60,840 nt of DNA from NCBI GenBank assembly GCA_035699725.1, contig DASSPG010000218.1:1-60840 (forward strand), in the 5' to 3' direction. Position 1 is the first letter of the stretch, and each line of letters begins with the position of its first letter. The stretch comes from Candidatus Limnocylindrales bacterium. GTDB lineage: Bacteria; Chloroflexota; Limnocylindria; Limnocylindrales; CSP1-4. The translations under genes were made by a program, and so were the position numbers. Below the pieces are notes generated by a model. That model worked only from the letters and a program-made list of their open reading frames with translations, searched no databases and had not been told where the DNA came from. Of the stretch, positions 17,657 through 27,261 are shown in pieces.

Positions 17657-20041
17657 TCAGGACGGCCAGGCCCAGTCGCGGATCTCCGGCGCGTCCTCGC
17701 CGTGCTCGCGGGTGTACGCGCGGGCCTCGACCCGGCGATCGGCCATGAGCTGGCGGACATGGGCGGCGCGCGAGCCGAGCCCCGGGACACGGTCGATCAC
17801 GTCCATGACGAGGTGGAAGCGATCGAGGTCGTTGAGCATCACGATGTCGAACGGCGTCGTGACCGTGCCCTCCTCCTTGTAGCCGCGGACGTGCAGGTTG
17901 GCGTGGTTCGTCCGGCGGTACGTCAGCCGGTGGATCAGCCACGGATAGCCGTGATAGGCGAAGACGATCGGGCGATCGCGGGTGAAGATCGTGTCGAACT
18001 CCCGGTCGGCGAGACCATGGGGATGCTCGCTGTCGGGCTGGAGGCGCATCAGGTCGACCACGTTCACGACCCGGACCTTGACCTCAGGGAGGTGCTGCCG
18101 GATCAGGTCGACCGCCGCCAGGGTCTCGAGCGTCGGTACGTCGCCGCAGCAGGCCATGACGACATCCGGGTCGCCGTCGTCGTTGCTGGCCCAGTCCCAG
18201 ATCCCGAGGCCGCGGGTGGCATGCAGGATCGCCTCGTCCATCGAGAGGTAGTTCAGGGCGGGCTGCTTGCCGGCGACGATGACGTTGACGTAGTTGCGGC
18301 TGCGCAGGCAGTGGTCCGCCACCGACAGGAGCGTGTTCGCGTCAGGCGGCAGGTACACCCGGATCGCCTGGGCCTTCTTGTTGAGAACGTGGTCGATGAA
18401 GCCCGGGTCCTGGTGGCTGAAGCCGTTGTGGTCCTGGCGCCAGACGTGGCTCGTCAGGAGGTAGTTCAGCGAGGCGATCGGACGCCGCCACGGGATCTCG
18501 GAGGTCATCTTCAGCCACTTCGCGTGCTGGTTGAACATCGAGTCGACGATGTGGATGAACGCCTCGTAGCAGTTGAAGAGCCCATGGCGCCCGGTCAGCA
18601 GGTAGCCCTCGAGCCAGCCCTGGCACTGGTGCTCGGAGAGCACCTCCATGACGCGCCCGTCCGGCGCGAGGTGATCATCGGTCGGGAGCCGCTCCGCTGC
18701 CCACGCCCGGTCCGTGGCCTCGAAGACCGGCGACAGCCGGTTGGAGGCCGTCTCGTCCGGCCCGAAGATCCGGAACGTCTCGGGGTTGCGCCGGACGATG
18801 TCGCGCAGGAACCCACCGAGGACCCGGGTGGCCTCGCTGCTGCTGGCACCCGGACGCTCGACCGGCACGCCGTAGTCGCGGAAGTCCGGCAATGCGAGGT
18901 CACGCAGCAGGAGGCCTCCGTTGGCGTGCGGGTTCGCGCTCATCCGGCGCTCGCCCCGCGGGGGCAGTGCGGCGAGATCCGGTCGGAGGGCGCCGGCGGG
19001 ATCGAACAGCTCATCCGGCCGGTAGCTCCGGAGCCAGCGGTCCAGGATCGCCAGATGGTCCGGCTTCGCGCGGACATCCGACATCGGGACCTGGTGCGAG
19101 CGGAAGCTGCCCTCGGTCGGCTGGCCGTCGACCTCCGCCGGTCCGGTCCAGCCTTTCGGGGAGCGCAGGACGATCATCGGCCATCGCGGGCGGGTCCCGG
19201 CGTCGTCCTGCCGGGCGGCCCGCTGGATGGCGGCAACCTCGTCCAGGACCTCGTCCAGGGCGGACGCCATCCGCTGATGCATCGCGGCCGGATCGTCGCC
19301 CTCGACGAAGACCGCGCGGTAGCCGTAGCCCTCGACGAGCGCAGCCAGCTCCGCGCCGGGGATCCGGGCCAGGAAGGTGGGGCTGGCGATCTTGTACCCG
19401 TTGAGATGGAGGATCGGGACGACGGCGCCGTCCGTCCTCGGGTTCACGAACTTGTTGGAGTGCCAGCTGGTCGCGAGCGGCCCGGTCTCGGCCTCACCAT
19501 CGCCGACGACGCAGAACACGACGAGGTCCGGGTTGTCGAAGGTCGCCCCGAAGGCATGGCTGAGCGCGTACCCGAGCTCGCCGCCCTCGTGGATCGAGCC
19601 GGGGGTCTCGGGCGTCACGTGACTGCCGATTCCGCCGGGGAACGAGAACTGCCGGAACAGCCGCCGGATCCCCTCCTCGTCCGGCGTGATGTCCGGGTAG
19701 ACCTCCGAGTAGGTGCCCTCGAGATACGCGTTGGCGACGGTCGCGGGACCGCCATGTCCCGGACCGATGACGTAGATCGCATCGAGGTCGCGGGCGCGGA
19801 TCACCCGGTTCAGGTGGGCATAGACGAAGTTGAGCCCGGGCGTCGTCCCCCAGTGTCCGAGAAGGCGAGGCTTGATGTGCTCCGCCCGGAGGGGCTCGCG
19901 CAGGAGCGGGTTGTCGAGCAGGTAGATCTGGCCGACGGAGAGGTAGTTGGCGGCGCGCCAGTAGGCATCGATCCGCCCGAGCTCGTCCGGCGCAAGCGGT
20001 CCGGGGTGTTCGGGCGACATGGTCGAGGTTCGGTCGCTCAT
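17657..20041 (-). CDS. xfp: xylulose-5-phosphate/fructose-6-phosphate phosphoketolase
   Basis: [48 protein letters not shown] and [12 protein letters not shown], about 794 aa. An alternative ATG lies at 20053. The gap to ackA is 11 nt. Confidence 0.95.
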   Translation of the reverse strand: MSDRTSTMSPEHPGPLAPDELGRIDAYWRAANYLSVGQIYLLDNPLLREPLRAEHIKPRLLGHWGTTPGLNFVYAHLNRVIRARDLDAIYVIGPGHGGPATVANAYLEGTYSEVYPDITPDEEGIRRLFRQFSFPGGIGSHVTPETPGSIHEGGELGYALSHAFGATFDNPDLVVFCVVGDGEAETGPLATSWHSNKFVNPRTDGAVVPILHLNGYKIASPTFLARIPGAELAALVEGYGYRAVFVEGDDPAAMHQRMASALDEVLDEVAAIQRAARQDDAGTRPRWPMIVLRSPKGWTGPAEVDGQPTEGSFRSHQVPMSDVRAKPDHLAILDRWLRSYRPDELFDPAGALRPDLAALPPRGERRMSANPHANGGLLLRDLALPDFRDYGVPVERPGASSSEATRVLGGFLRDIVRRNPETFRIFGPDETASNRLSPVFEATDRAWAAERLPTDDHLAPDGRVMEVLSEHQCQGWLEGYLLTGRHGLFNCYEAFIHIVDSMFNQHAKWLKMTSEIPWRRPIASLNYLLTSHVWRQDHNGFSHQDPGFIDHVLNKKAQAIRVYLPPDANTLLSVADHCLRSRNYVNVIVAGKQPALNYLSMDEAILHATRGLGIWDWASNDDGDPDVVMACCGDVPTLETLAAVDLIRQHLPEVKVRVVNVVDLMRLQPDSEHPHGLADREFDTIFTRDRPIVFAYHGYPWLIHRLTYRRTNHANLHVRGYKEEGTVTTPFDIVMLNDLDRFHLVMDVIDRVPGLGSRAAHVRQLMADRRVEARAYTREHGEDAPEIRDWAWPS

Positions 20042-20172
20042 CGCATCCTCCATGAGCGAGCCTAGCCCCGCGGACGAATCACGGCAGGGAGCGCGTGCCA
20101 TGCAGGACGGCTCGATCCGAAACCTCGTCCACGGCGTGGCGTCGTGGGAGTAAGACCTGCGCCCGACACCGT

Positions 20173-20889
20173 CTAGCGCGGGCCGAACGGGAAGACCGGG
20201 TCGAGGCTGGCCGGAACGAGGGCTCGATCATCCAGCGTCCAGGACACCAGGACGTGGGAGTCGATGATCCCCGGAACCATCGCGACCGCGTGCGCGACCA
20301 TCTTGGCCGTCGAGCGCCGCTCGACCCGGCCGGCGATCGAGGCGACGCCGTCGCGCACCGAGACCGTGAACGACGCGGGATCGAGCCACAGGACCCTCCG
20401 GATGACGTCGTCGCGGATCGTGGCAGCGAGCTCGTCATCGGAACGGACGTAGGCGCGCACGAGGTCGGCGCGGCTGACGATGCCGACGAGCCTGCCATCA
20501 TCGACGACCGGCAACCGGTTCACCCGGCGCGCGGTCATGATCGCGGCGGCCTCGTGGATGGGTCGGTTCGAGGCGACCGTGATCGCCGGGGCTGTCATCG
20601 CCTCGGCGGCCGTGATGGCGCTGGCCTTGGCAAGCAGCTCGCGCGTCTGCCGCGACTCACCGAACAGGGCGGCCAGAGGCCGATGCGGGATCGCGTCGAT
20701 CCCCTGCTCCTTGACCAGCAGGTCGGCCTCCGAGACGACTCCCAGCACCGCGCCATCCGCTCCGACGACCGGGGCACCGCTGATCCCCTGCCGGGTCAGG
20801 ACGTGCGCGACGTCCCTCAGCGGCGTGTCCGGCTTGACCGTGCTCACCGAACGCGTCATCACATCGCGAACCGTCAACATGCACGTCAC
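20173..20889 (-). CDS. CBS-pair plus BON domain protein
   Basis: Two CBS repeats: [18 protein letters not shown]...GAPVV and [10 protein letters not shown]...[19 protein letters not shown]. The C-terminal BON-like segment is [42 protein letters not shown]. Confidence 0.85.
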   Translation of the reverse strand: MTCMLTVRDVMTRSVSTVKPDTPLRDVAHVLTRQGISGAPVVGADGAVLGVVSEADLLVKEQGIDAIPHRPLAALFGESRQTRELLAKASAITAAEAMTAPAITVASNRPIHEAAAIMTARRVNRLPVVDDGRLVGIVSRADLVRAYVRSDDELAATIRDDVIRRVLWLDPASFTVSVRDGVASIAGRVERRSTAKMVAHAVAMVPGIIDSHVLVSWTLDDRALVPASLDPVFPFGPR

Positions 20890-21004
20890 CTTCCCTTCAG
20901 GTTCATGCTCGTCTTCGACGGTCGGTCGGCGACAGAGGCGAACGGCCCGTGTGACGGGGCCGAGTGGGGCATCAGCGCGGGCCCCACCGGTGGGCCACGC
21001 GACG

Positions 21005-22051
21005 CTAGAGTCCCGGCATCTCGTCGAGGGTGACCAGGTCGTAGCCGGCGCCGCGCAGCCCGGCGACGACCCGCGGCAGCGCCGCGAACGTCTCGTAACC
21101 GCCGAGGTGCATCAGGACGATCGAGCCGCCGCGGGCGTTGCCCAGCACCTTGGCCACGATCTGGTCGGCCGTCGGGCCCGGCGGGTCGTTCCGGATCGGG
21201 CGCCAGTCGATCGTGTCGACGTCCCACAGGATCGTGTCGCGGTAGCCGGCGGCGCCGACCGCTGCCAGGACGTCGGCGTCGACGCCGCCACTCGGCGGCC
21301 GGAAGAACGGCCGGAGGTCCTGCGAGCAGAAGGGGGCGATCGCGGCCTCCGTGCGCCGGAGCTCGTCGCGGATCTCTGCGGCGCTCAGCGATCGGAAGTC
21401 ACGATGGGTGTAGGAGTGGTTGCCGAGGGTGAGGAGTCGGGGGTGGTCCTCGATCACGGCCAGGACGCGGCGTCCGGCATCCGTGGCCTGGCTGTCGGCC
21501 ATCGCGCCGGTCATGAAGATGGTGGCGTGGACGCCGTTGGCCACCAGCCAGTCCACGATCGCCAGCGCGTCTCCCACGCGACCGCCCATGTCGAACGTCA
21601 ACGCGACGTCATCCGAGGCCCGCGAACCGGACCGGATCAGTCGGCTCGCCGGCGGGGGCGTCGGGGCCGCTGTCGGGCGCACCGTCGGACGGGGTGTCGG
21701 ACGGGGTGTCGGACGGGGTGTCGGGCGCAGCGTCGGGTGCGGGGTCGGGCGCGGCGTCGGGTGCGGGGTCGGGCGCAGCGTTGGGGCAGGCGTCGGCTTC
21801 AGCGTCGGACCCGGACTGGGGCAGATCGTCGGCGCCGGGGGTGGCGTGGCGGTGGGGCCCGGAATCGGAGAGTCGGTGGCCGACGGGCTGGGCGTGGGCG
21901 GCAACGGGCTGCATGACGGTGCAGCCGATGCCGCGGGCGTCACGCTTGATGTCGCTGAGCCGGACGACGGACCGGGGGTCGACGCGGTGGGCCCACATGC
22001 GGCCGTCACGAGCGCCAGCGCGAGGCCAACGCGCAGGAGTGTCCGCTTCAC
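21005..22051 (-). CDS. polysaccharide deacetylase (NodB/CE4) lipoprotein with a Pro/Thr-rich repeat linker
   Basis: A GTG start gives (M)KRTLLRVGLALALVTAACG, a lipobox. An alternative ATG lies at 22096 and the track start is 22177. NodB motifs: LTFDMGG, HSYTH, FRPPSGG and IVLMHL. Confidence 0.85.
   Translation of the reverse strand: MKRTLLRVGLALALVTAACGPTASTPGPSSGSATSSVTPAASAAPSCSPLPPTPSPSATDSPIPGPTATPPPAPTICPSPGPTLKPTPAPTLRPTPHPTPRPTPHPTLRPTPRPTPRPTPRPTVRPTAAPTPPPASRLIRSGSRASDDVALTFDMGGRVGDALAIVDWLVANGVHATIFMTGAMADSQATDAGRRVLAVIEDHPRLLTLGNHSYTHRDFRSLSAAEIRDELRRTEAAIAPFCSQDLRPFFRPPSGGVDADVLAAVGAAGYRDTILWDVDTIDWRPIRNDPPGPTADQIVAKVLGNARGGSIVLMHLGGYETFAALPRVVAGLRGAGYDLVTLDEMPGL
21672..21815. 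repeat. 12-nt periodic tandem repeat (about 12 units, GTCGG phase marker every 12 nt) inside the deacetylase gene
   Basis: GTCGG recurs at 21672, 21684, 21696 and so on to 21804, with one degenerate unit at 21780. It includes three perfect GTCGGACGGGGT units. On the minus strand it encodes PTPRPTPHPT-type tetrapeptide repeats. Confidence 0.85.
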
Positions 22052-22273
22052 GTGCCGCCTGGTCACCTCTGATCCCCGCTGCGAGGCATCCAGCATCGGG
22101 TCGCGAGCGGGGTCCCGGGAAGGGCCCTCCGTCACCGCGGCGACGGCCGGATGGCCTGACCGCCGGGCGCCGTTCACCGGCCCTCCCCGTCACGCGATCC
22201 GCGCGGTCCCGGGCAGGCAGTCAACGGCCCGCCGGTTGTGCCGGCGGGCCGTTGCCCCGAAGGGACGAGCGTG

Positions 22274-22588
22274 TCAGGCCGAAAGTGGTCGGCCGGAGTA
22301 CGTTCCGCCCGTCAGGTACCGGGTGGCCAATTCGACGACGAGCCCGAAGACGAGCCCCCCGACCAGCGCGGGGACGAGCGCGAGCCCGTCCCAGGTCGGC
22401 TCGAAGGTTCGCCACGCGACGATGAACTCGCTCGCGACGATCGCGCCGATGCCGGCGGCGATTGCGTCCACGAGCCATTCAAATCCCGTGCGGGTCTCCC
22501 CGATGAACTGGGCCACGGCACCGAAGATCAGGGCTCCGACGATCAGGACGATCCAGCCACCGAGCCCGAGAGAGATGGCAAAGTCCAC
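22274..22588 (-). CDS. small membrane protein, GlsB/YeaQ/YmgE-like
   Basis: A GTG start is preceded by GGAAAGGAGG, a strong SD. The GGWIVLIVGALIFGAVAQFI and AAGIGAIVASEFIV glycine-zipper helices are present. The track ORF is over-extended to 22858. Confidence 0.6.
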   Translation of the reverse strand: MDFAISLGLGGWIVLIVGALIFGAVAQFIGETRTGFEWLVDAIAAGIGAIVASEFIVAWRTFEPTWDGLALVPALVGGLVFGLVVELATRYLTGGTYSGRPLSA

Positions 22589-22854
22589 AGCCTGCCTCCT
22601 TTCCAGGACGTCATGACCGGCGTCCGCAGCAGCATGGTCGGTCAGGGTCGCTGCCCGTCGGAAGTGCCAGTCGGCGCCTTCTGATGGGTGGTCCGGCCCG
22701 TTCGCCGACCGTCTTCCGAGCGCCGACGGCCGGGTCCGCGGAGGTCGCCCGCGACAACGCCGGCACGGACCGGGTCGCCTCACCGCTCGCGTGGCGCCCT
22801 CACCGCGCCTCGGGCCCGGACGGACTTCCGCTCCGGTCCGGTCCCGAATCCGGG

Positions 22855-24066
22855 TCACCCCCTGGCGTAGCGACCGTAGTAGTCGGGTTCAGCATCGGCG
22901 GTCGAGGCCAGCGCGTCGAAGCGATCCGGGTCGAACATCGCAAGGTCGGCCGGCGTCGCGCCGGTCGCGATCCGGGTGGCGAGCAGCTCCGCAAGGTACG
23001 GTGCGAGGAGCATGCCGCGGCCGCTCCATCCGGTGGCCTGCCACCAGCCGTCGAGCTGGCGTGTCGGGCCGACGAGGGGCAGGTGGTCGGGGCTGATGTC
23101 GTACATCCCGGCCCACTGGCGGATGACGGTGACGTCGGCCAGGGCCGGCGCCTTGCGCGTGATGATCGACGCCGTCCGGCGCAGGAATGCGGCCGACGAC
23201 GTCTGATCGACCCCTTCGGGTTCGTCGGGATCGACGACGCCCATGACGACCTCGCCGCGCAGCGTCTGATTGAACCACCCTTCCGTCGGCCGGTAGAAGG
23301 TGACCGCGGCATCGATGGACCGGCGAATCGGCGCCGTCACGAGGACTTCCCGGCGACGGGGCCGGTTCGGCGCGACCACGCCGGCCAGGGCATTGAGGTC
23401 CGCGGACCATCCTCCCGCGGCGTTGACCACGAGCCCGGCGGCGATCCTTCCCCGATCGGTCTCGACACCGGTCACCTTGCCGTTACTGACGGCGACACGA
23501 CGGACCTCCGTCTCCGGCAGCAACCGGACGGCGCGGCCGGCCAGGTGCTCGAGATGGGCCCACACCACGGCGTCGTGATGGACGATCGCGTCGTCGTTGA
23601 GCACGGCCCCGGCAACCGGGTCGCCACCACGCAGGACCGGCAGGCGACGGAGCGTGTCCTCGGGCGACAGGAGCGCGCTGTGGACGCCGATCCGATGATG
23701 CATCGCCACGATCGCGCCCATCCGCTCGACCTCGTCGGGGTCGTACAGGACCCACGCATAGCCGAGCCGGTAGAAGAGGACGTTGAAGCCGAGCTCGTCG
23801 CCCATCCGGTCGTACTTGTCCTGGCAGGCGCGCGCGACGCGCGTGAGCTCCTCGGTCAGCTGCATGGCCCGGATCCGAGCGACGTTGCGGCCCGTCGCAC
23901 CGGATCCCGGGTACCCGCGCTCCACGATGACGATGTCGCGCAGCCCGCGGGCGAGGAGCTCGCGGGCGATAGCGAGGCCGCCGATCCCCGCCCCGACGAT
24001 CACGACCTCGGCGCTCGCCGGTGGGTCCGATCGAGCGAGGAACCCAGCCACCGGGCTGCGGCTCAC
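22855..24066 (-). CDS. FAD-dependent oxidoreductase, sarcosine oxidase beta / HcnC / OoxB-like
   Basis: Dinucleotide fold VVIVGAGIGGLAIARELLARG and ERGYPGSGATGRN, about 403 aa. The GTG start overlaps the upstream stop (GTGA). Confidence 0.85.
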   Translation of the reverse strand: MSRSPVAGFLARSDPPASAEVVIVGAGIGGLAIARELLARGLRDIVIVERGYPGSGATGRNVARIRAMQLTEELTRVARACQDKYDRMGDELGFNVLFYRLGYAWVLYDPDEVERMGAIVAMHHRIGVHSALLSPEDTLRRLPVLRGGDPVAGAVLNDDAIVHHDAVVWAHLEHLAGRAVRLLPETEVRRVAVSNGKVTGVETDRGRIAAGLVVNAAGGWSADLNALAGVVAPNRPRRREVLVTAPIRRSIDAAVTFYRPTEGWFNQTLRGEVVMGVVDPDEPEGVDQTSSAAFLRRTASIITRKAPALADVTVIRQWAGMYDISPDHLPLVGPTRQLDGWWQATGWSGRGMLLAPYLAELLATRIATGATPADLAMFDPDRFDALASTADAEPDYYGRYARG

Positions 24067-25772
24067 GGCGGGTCCTCGGCCGCCAGGTCGCCGAGCCTGA
24101 CCGGGCGCAGCGGCGGCCGAGCGGTGGGCACGTCGGCATTGTCCCCGCCCCACTCGGTCGCGCCGAGGTCCGAAGCGTCCGCGACGACCCGATCTGGGTG
24201 CCCGCTCATGGCGCACGTCACGGCCGACAGGCAGTACTTCCCCTGGCACGGGCCGGTCAGCGCCCCGGTTCGACGCTTCAGGAGCTCGGGGTGCCGATAG
24301 CCGGCGCCCCGCTCGGCGGCAACTTCCCAGGCTCGCACGTCCTCGCAGAAGCACAGGATGGCGTGTCCGGCGGGCGGTGCGGGCGGGTGGCCATGACGCC
24401 GGCTGCGCGGTGGATCGCCACGTTGTGCCGGGGGGTCGCTGGCGCTGACGGCGGCCCAGGCCGCGGTCGCCCGGGCAGCGCGGGACGCCGCGCGTCCGAC
24501 GCGATCCGGATCGGCTCCGCGGGCGTCGAGGCCGTCGGTTGCACCGGCAGCCGCACCGGCCACGAACAGTCCGGCCACCGTGGTTCGCCCGTCCCCATCC
24601 AGGAGCGGCGCGAGGCGACCGGCGCGCCAGCCAACCTCGGCACCCGCGGCCAGAACCAGATCGAGGTTCGGCGTGCGGTCCCCGAACGCGACGAGGTCCA
24701 CGGCTTCGCGCCGGGCTCCCGGGCCGACCCCGCCTGCTCGAATCCGGACCGACGCGACGCGCCCGCGGCCGGCGATGCCGAGTAGCGCCGACGTCGCGAT
24801 CGGCCCCACGACGGCGGCACCGGACGCCCGCAGGACCGCTGCCGCCGATTCCACCTCCTCGCCCTCGCCGACCAGCAGCGCGCGCTCCCCCGGCAGCACC
24901 CGGTGACGCGTGACGAGCGTGCTGACGAGCCGGGCGCTCATCACGCCCGGCCGGTCGGAGCCCGGCACGTTCGGAATGAGCTCGTACGTCCCGGTGGCGG
25001 CGACAACCGCCTTCGGGCTGAGCGACAGCAGGGCGTCGTGACCGATCGCGGTGACGGTGCCCCCGTACCAACCGATCGCCGTCGTCCCCAGCCGGACCTC
25101 CACGCCGAGCTGGCGAACCGCGGCAAGAAGGCCGCTGAGCGCGGGGCGGCGGGCTGCTCCCTCACGATCGAGGTCTGCCTCGGCCTCCAGGACGACGACC
25201 CGAGCCCCCGCGCGGGCGGCTGCCATCGCTGCGCCGAGCCCGCTCCGTCCGCCGCCCACGACCAGGACGTCGGGGTCATCGCGGTGGACCGTCCGCACCG
25301 GGCGATCGGAGCGCGGGCCGCTGGCGAGCCGACCCCGGCCACCAAGCGACCGGAGGACGTCGAGGTAGGCCTTGCGCAGGAAGCGCGGCCGGAGGAAGCG
25401 GTGGTGGTAGAAGGTCGGCGGAACGAAGCGCGAGCCCAGGTCCAGGACGGCGAGCAGGTCATGCTCGACAGACGGCCAGGCATGCTCGCCCCGGACGACC
25501 ATGCCGTCGCGCAACGGGATCCGGCAGGTCCGGACGCTGGGCCGGCCGTCGACCTCGCACTCGCACCAGCCGCACTGGCCGGTGCTGCACATGAGTCCGC
25601 GCGGGCGATGGAACCGGAAGCTCCGCGACAGGGTCCGCCGTCCGGCCGCGAGCAGGCTCACCGCCAGCGGCTCGCCCTCGTGCCCCTCGTACGACATGCC
25701 GTCGAAGCGGAACGTGGCGGACGCGGGCGGTCGGTCGCCGGGTGCGGCGGCCGGCAGACGTCGGGGCGGCAC
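24063..25772 (-). CDS. fused [2Fe-2S] / FAD-NAD(P) oxidoreductase / BFD-like [2Fe-2S] protein (HcnA+HcnB / OoxA-like)
   Basis: The N-terminus is FRFDGMSYEGHEGEPLAVSLL...FHRPRGLMCSTGQCGWCECEVDG...RTC. The Rossmann fold is DVLVVGGGRSGLGAAMAAARAGARVVVLE. The C-terminus is ILCFCEDV...LTGPCQGKYC. GTG start at 25772, 2 nt after the ALDH stop. Confidence 0.8.
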   Translation of the reverse strand: MPPRRLPAAAPGDRPPASATFRFDGMSYEGHEGEPLAVSLLAAGRRTLSRSFRFHRPRGLMCSTGQCGWCECEVDGRPSVRTCRIPLRDGMVVRGEHAWPSVEHDLLAVLDLGSRFVPPTFYHHRFLRPRFLRKAYLDVLRSLGGRGRLASGPRSDRPVRTVHRDDPDVLVVGGGRSGLGAAMAAARAGARVVVLEAEADLDREGAARRPALSGLLAAVRQLGVEVRLGTTAIGWYGGTVTAIGHDALLSLSPKAVVAATGTYELIPNVPGSDRPGVMSARLVSTLVTRHRVLPGERALLVGEGEEVESAAAVLRASGAAVVGPIATSALLGIAGRGRVASVRIRAGGVGPGARREAVDLVAFGDRTPNLDLVLAAGAEVGWRAGRLAPLLDGDGRTTVAGLFVAGAAAGATDGLDARGADPDRVGRAASRAARATAAWAAVSASDPPAQRGDPPRSRRHGHPPAPPAGHAILCFCEDVRAWEVAAERGAGYRHPELLKRRTGALTGPCQGKYCLSAVTCAMSGHPDRVVADASDLGATEWGGDNADVPTARPPLRPVRLGDLAAEDPP

Positions 25773-25773
25773 C

Positions 25774-27261
25774 TCAGCGGATGTGGAAGGTCGGCGAGCT
25801 GTCGATGCAGACCCGCTTCGACTCGAGATAGGCGTCGAGGCCCTCCATCCCGAGCTCACGCCCGATCCCGCTCTGCTTGACGCCTCCGAACGGGGTCTCG
25901 GCCAGGCGGACGTAGTGGGTGTTCACCCAGACGTCGCCCACCCGCAGGCGACGGGCCAGGCGGATGGCACGATCGAGGTCGGTCGTCCAGACGGCGCTGC
26001 CGAGGCCGTACTCGCTGTCGTTCGCGACCGCGAGCGCCTCCTCCTCCCGAGCGAACGGGATGACGGACAGCACCGGTCCGAAGATCTCCTCGCGCGCGAT
26101 CGTCATGCCCGGGTCGACATCGTCGAACAGCGTGGGGGCCATGTAGTGCCCGGCCGCCCACTGCTCGCCGAGGCGCTCGCCGCCGAGCACCAGTCGAGCT
26201 CCCTCCGCCCGGCCCCGCGCCACGTAGCCCAGGACCCGGTCGAGCTGGCGCTGCGAGACCATCGGGCCGACCTGCGTGTCCTCGTCCAGCGGCGACCCGA
26301 CGCGGAGGGCCTGGGCCCGCTCGACGAGCCCTTCGAGGAACCGATCGTGGATCGAGCGCTCGACGAGGAGCCGGGAGCCGGCCGTGCAGGACTGCCCCGC
26401 GTAGAGGAAGATCCCGACCGCCACGGCATCCATCGCCTTCTCGAGGTTCGCATCGGGGAAGACGAGGACGGGTGCCTTGCCGCCGCCTTCGAGCGAGAGG
26501 CGCTTGAAGTTCCTCGATCCCAGCTCCATCAGCCGCCGGCCGACCTCGCTGCTGCCGGTGAAGCTGAGCTTGTCGACGCGCGGATCGAGCGCCAGTCCCT
26601 CGCCGAGGACCTCGCCGGCGCCCACCACGCCGTTCGCGACTCCTGTCGGCAGCGCGGGAATGCGCTCGAGGAGCTTGAAGATCTCCATCGATGACGCGGG
26701 TGCGTCGCTCGCCGGCTTGAGGACGAACGTGCAACCGGTGGCGATCGCCGCCCCGATCTTGCGGAGTGGCAGGTCCACGGGGTCGTTCCAGGGCGTGATC
26801 AGTCCGCACACACCGACCGGCTCCTTGATCACGATGTTGAGGAGGTGGCTGGGTGCGGCCGACGTCACCTCGCCGCGGATCAGGCGGGCGGCCCCGGCGT
26901 AGAACTGGATCCGATCGATCGCGGGCTCGATCTCGCGCTCACGGACGTAGCGGATCGGCTTGCCCATCTCGGTCGCCACGAGTCGCGCGATGGGCTCCGC
27001 CTCAGCACGCAGCAGTCGGGCCAGCTCGAGGAGGATCGCGGCTCGCTCGCGCCCGGACGACTGTGGCCAGCCGCCGTCATCGAAGGCGGATCGGGCCGCG
27101 CCGACGGCCCGATCGAGATCCTCGATCCCCGATTGTGGTGCCGTCGCAACGAGCTCGCCGGTCGCCGGGTTGCGACTCTCGATCGTGGCTCCGGACGCGG
27201 CCGGCGACCACGAGCCCGCGATGTAGTTCTCGACGTTGATGGGCGGCGCGGTCGACGTCAT
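25774..27261 (-). CDS. NAD(P)-dependent aldehyde dehydrogenase
   Basis: MTSTAPPINVENYIAGSW N-terminus, LSLEGGGKAP (catalytic Glu motif) and YAGQSCTAGSR (catalytic Cys). The ATG overlaps the upstream stop (ATGA). Confidence 0.92.
   Translation of the reverse strand: MTSTAPPINVENYIAGSWSPAASGATIESRNPATGELVATAPQSGIEDLDRAVGAARSAFDDGGWPQSSGRERAAILLELARLLRAEAEPIARLVATEMGKPIRYVREREIEPAIDRIQFYAGAARLIRGEVTSAAPSHLLNIVIKEPVGVCGLITPWNDPVDLPLRKIGAAIATGCTFVLKPASDAPASSMEIFKLLERIPALPTGVANGVVGAGEVLGEGLALDPRVDKLSFTGSSEVGRRLMELGSRNFKRLSLEGGGKAPVLVFPDANLEKAMDAVAVGIFLYAGQSCTAGSRLLVERSIHDRFLEGLVERAQALRVGSPLDEDTQVGPMVSQRQLDRVLGYVARGRAEGARLVLGGERLGEQWAAGHYMAPTLFDDVDPGMTIAREEIFGPVLSVIPFAREEEALAVANDSEYGLGSAVWTTDLDRAIRLARRLRVGDVWVNTHYVRLAETPFGGVKQSGIGRELGMEGLDAYLESKRVCIDSSPTFHIR

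Noticed and set aside
17702-20065. 787-aa ORF on the plus strand, and similar giants at 40043-42511 (-), 34433-36976 (+), 11187-13598 (-), 22684-24300 (+), 45757-47538 (-) and 56133-58034 (-).
   Set aside because: Each lies antisense to a gene with unmistakable family motifs (phosphoketolase, EtfA/EtfD, permease, ABC genes and others). Their translations are Arg/Gly/Asp/His/Pro-rich with no motifs. They are typical shadow ORFs of high-GC DNA where stop codons are rare.
20983-20994. Perfect 12-bp palindrome CCCACCGGTGGG between the deacetylase stop and the CBS-BON start.
   Set aside because: Palindromes of this length are expected many times by chance in 60 kb of about 70% GC DNA. There is no second copy or half-site pattern nearby.
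21672-21815. CRISPR-like or non-coding tandem array.
   Set aside because: The period is 12 nt, in-frame, with no spacers, and lies inside a well-supported CDS. It encodes a Pro/Thr linker. No CRISPR-like repeat-spacer structure was seen anywhere in the window.
22855-25071. Very long ORF-track models that fuse a real gene to a long Arg/Pro-rich N-terminus. The same applies to 16521-17942, 25774-27576, 28598-30532, 33534-35207, 52064-54271, 38562-40424 and 36973-39654.
   Set aside because: The recognisable domain begins at an internal ATG, GTG or TTG that overlaps or abuts the stop of the upstream gene, or has a Shine-Dalgarno sequence. The extension overlaps the neighbouring real gene in another frame. 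I shortened these models accordingly.
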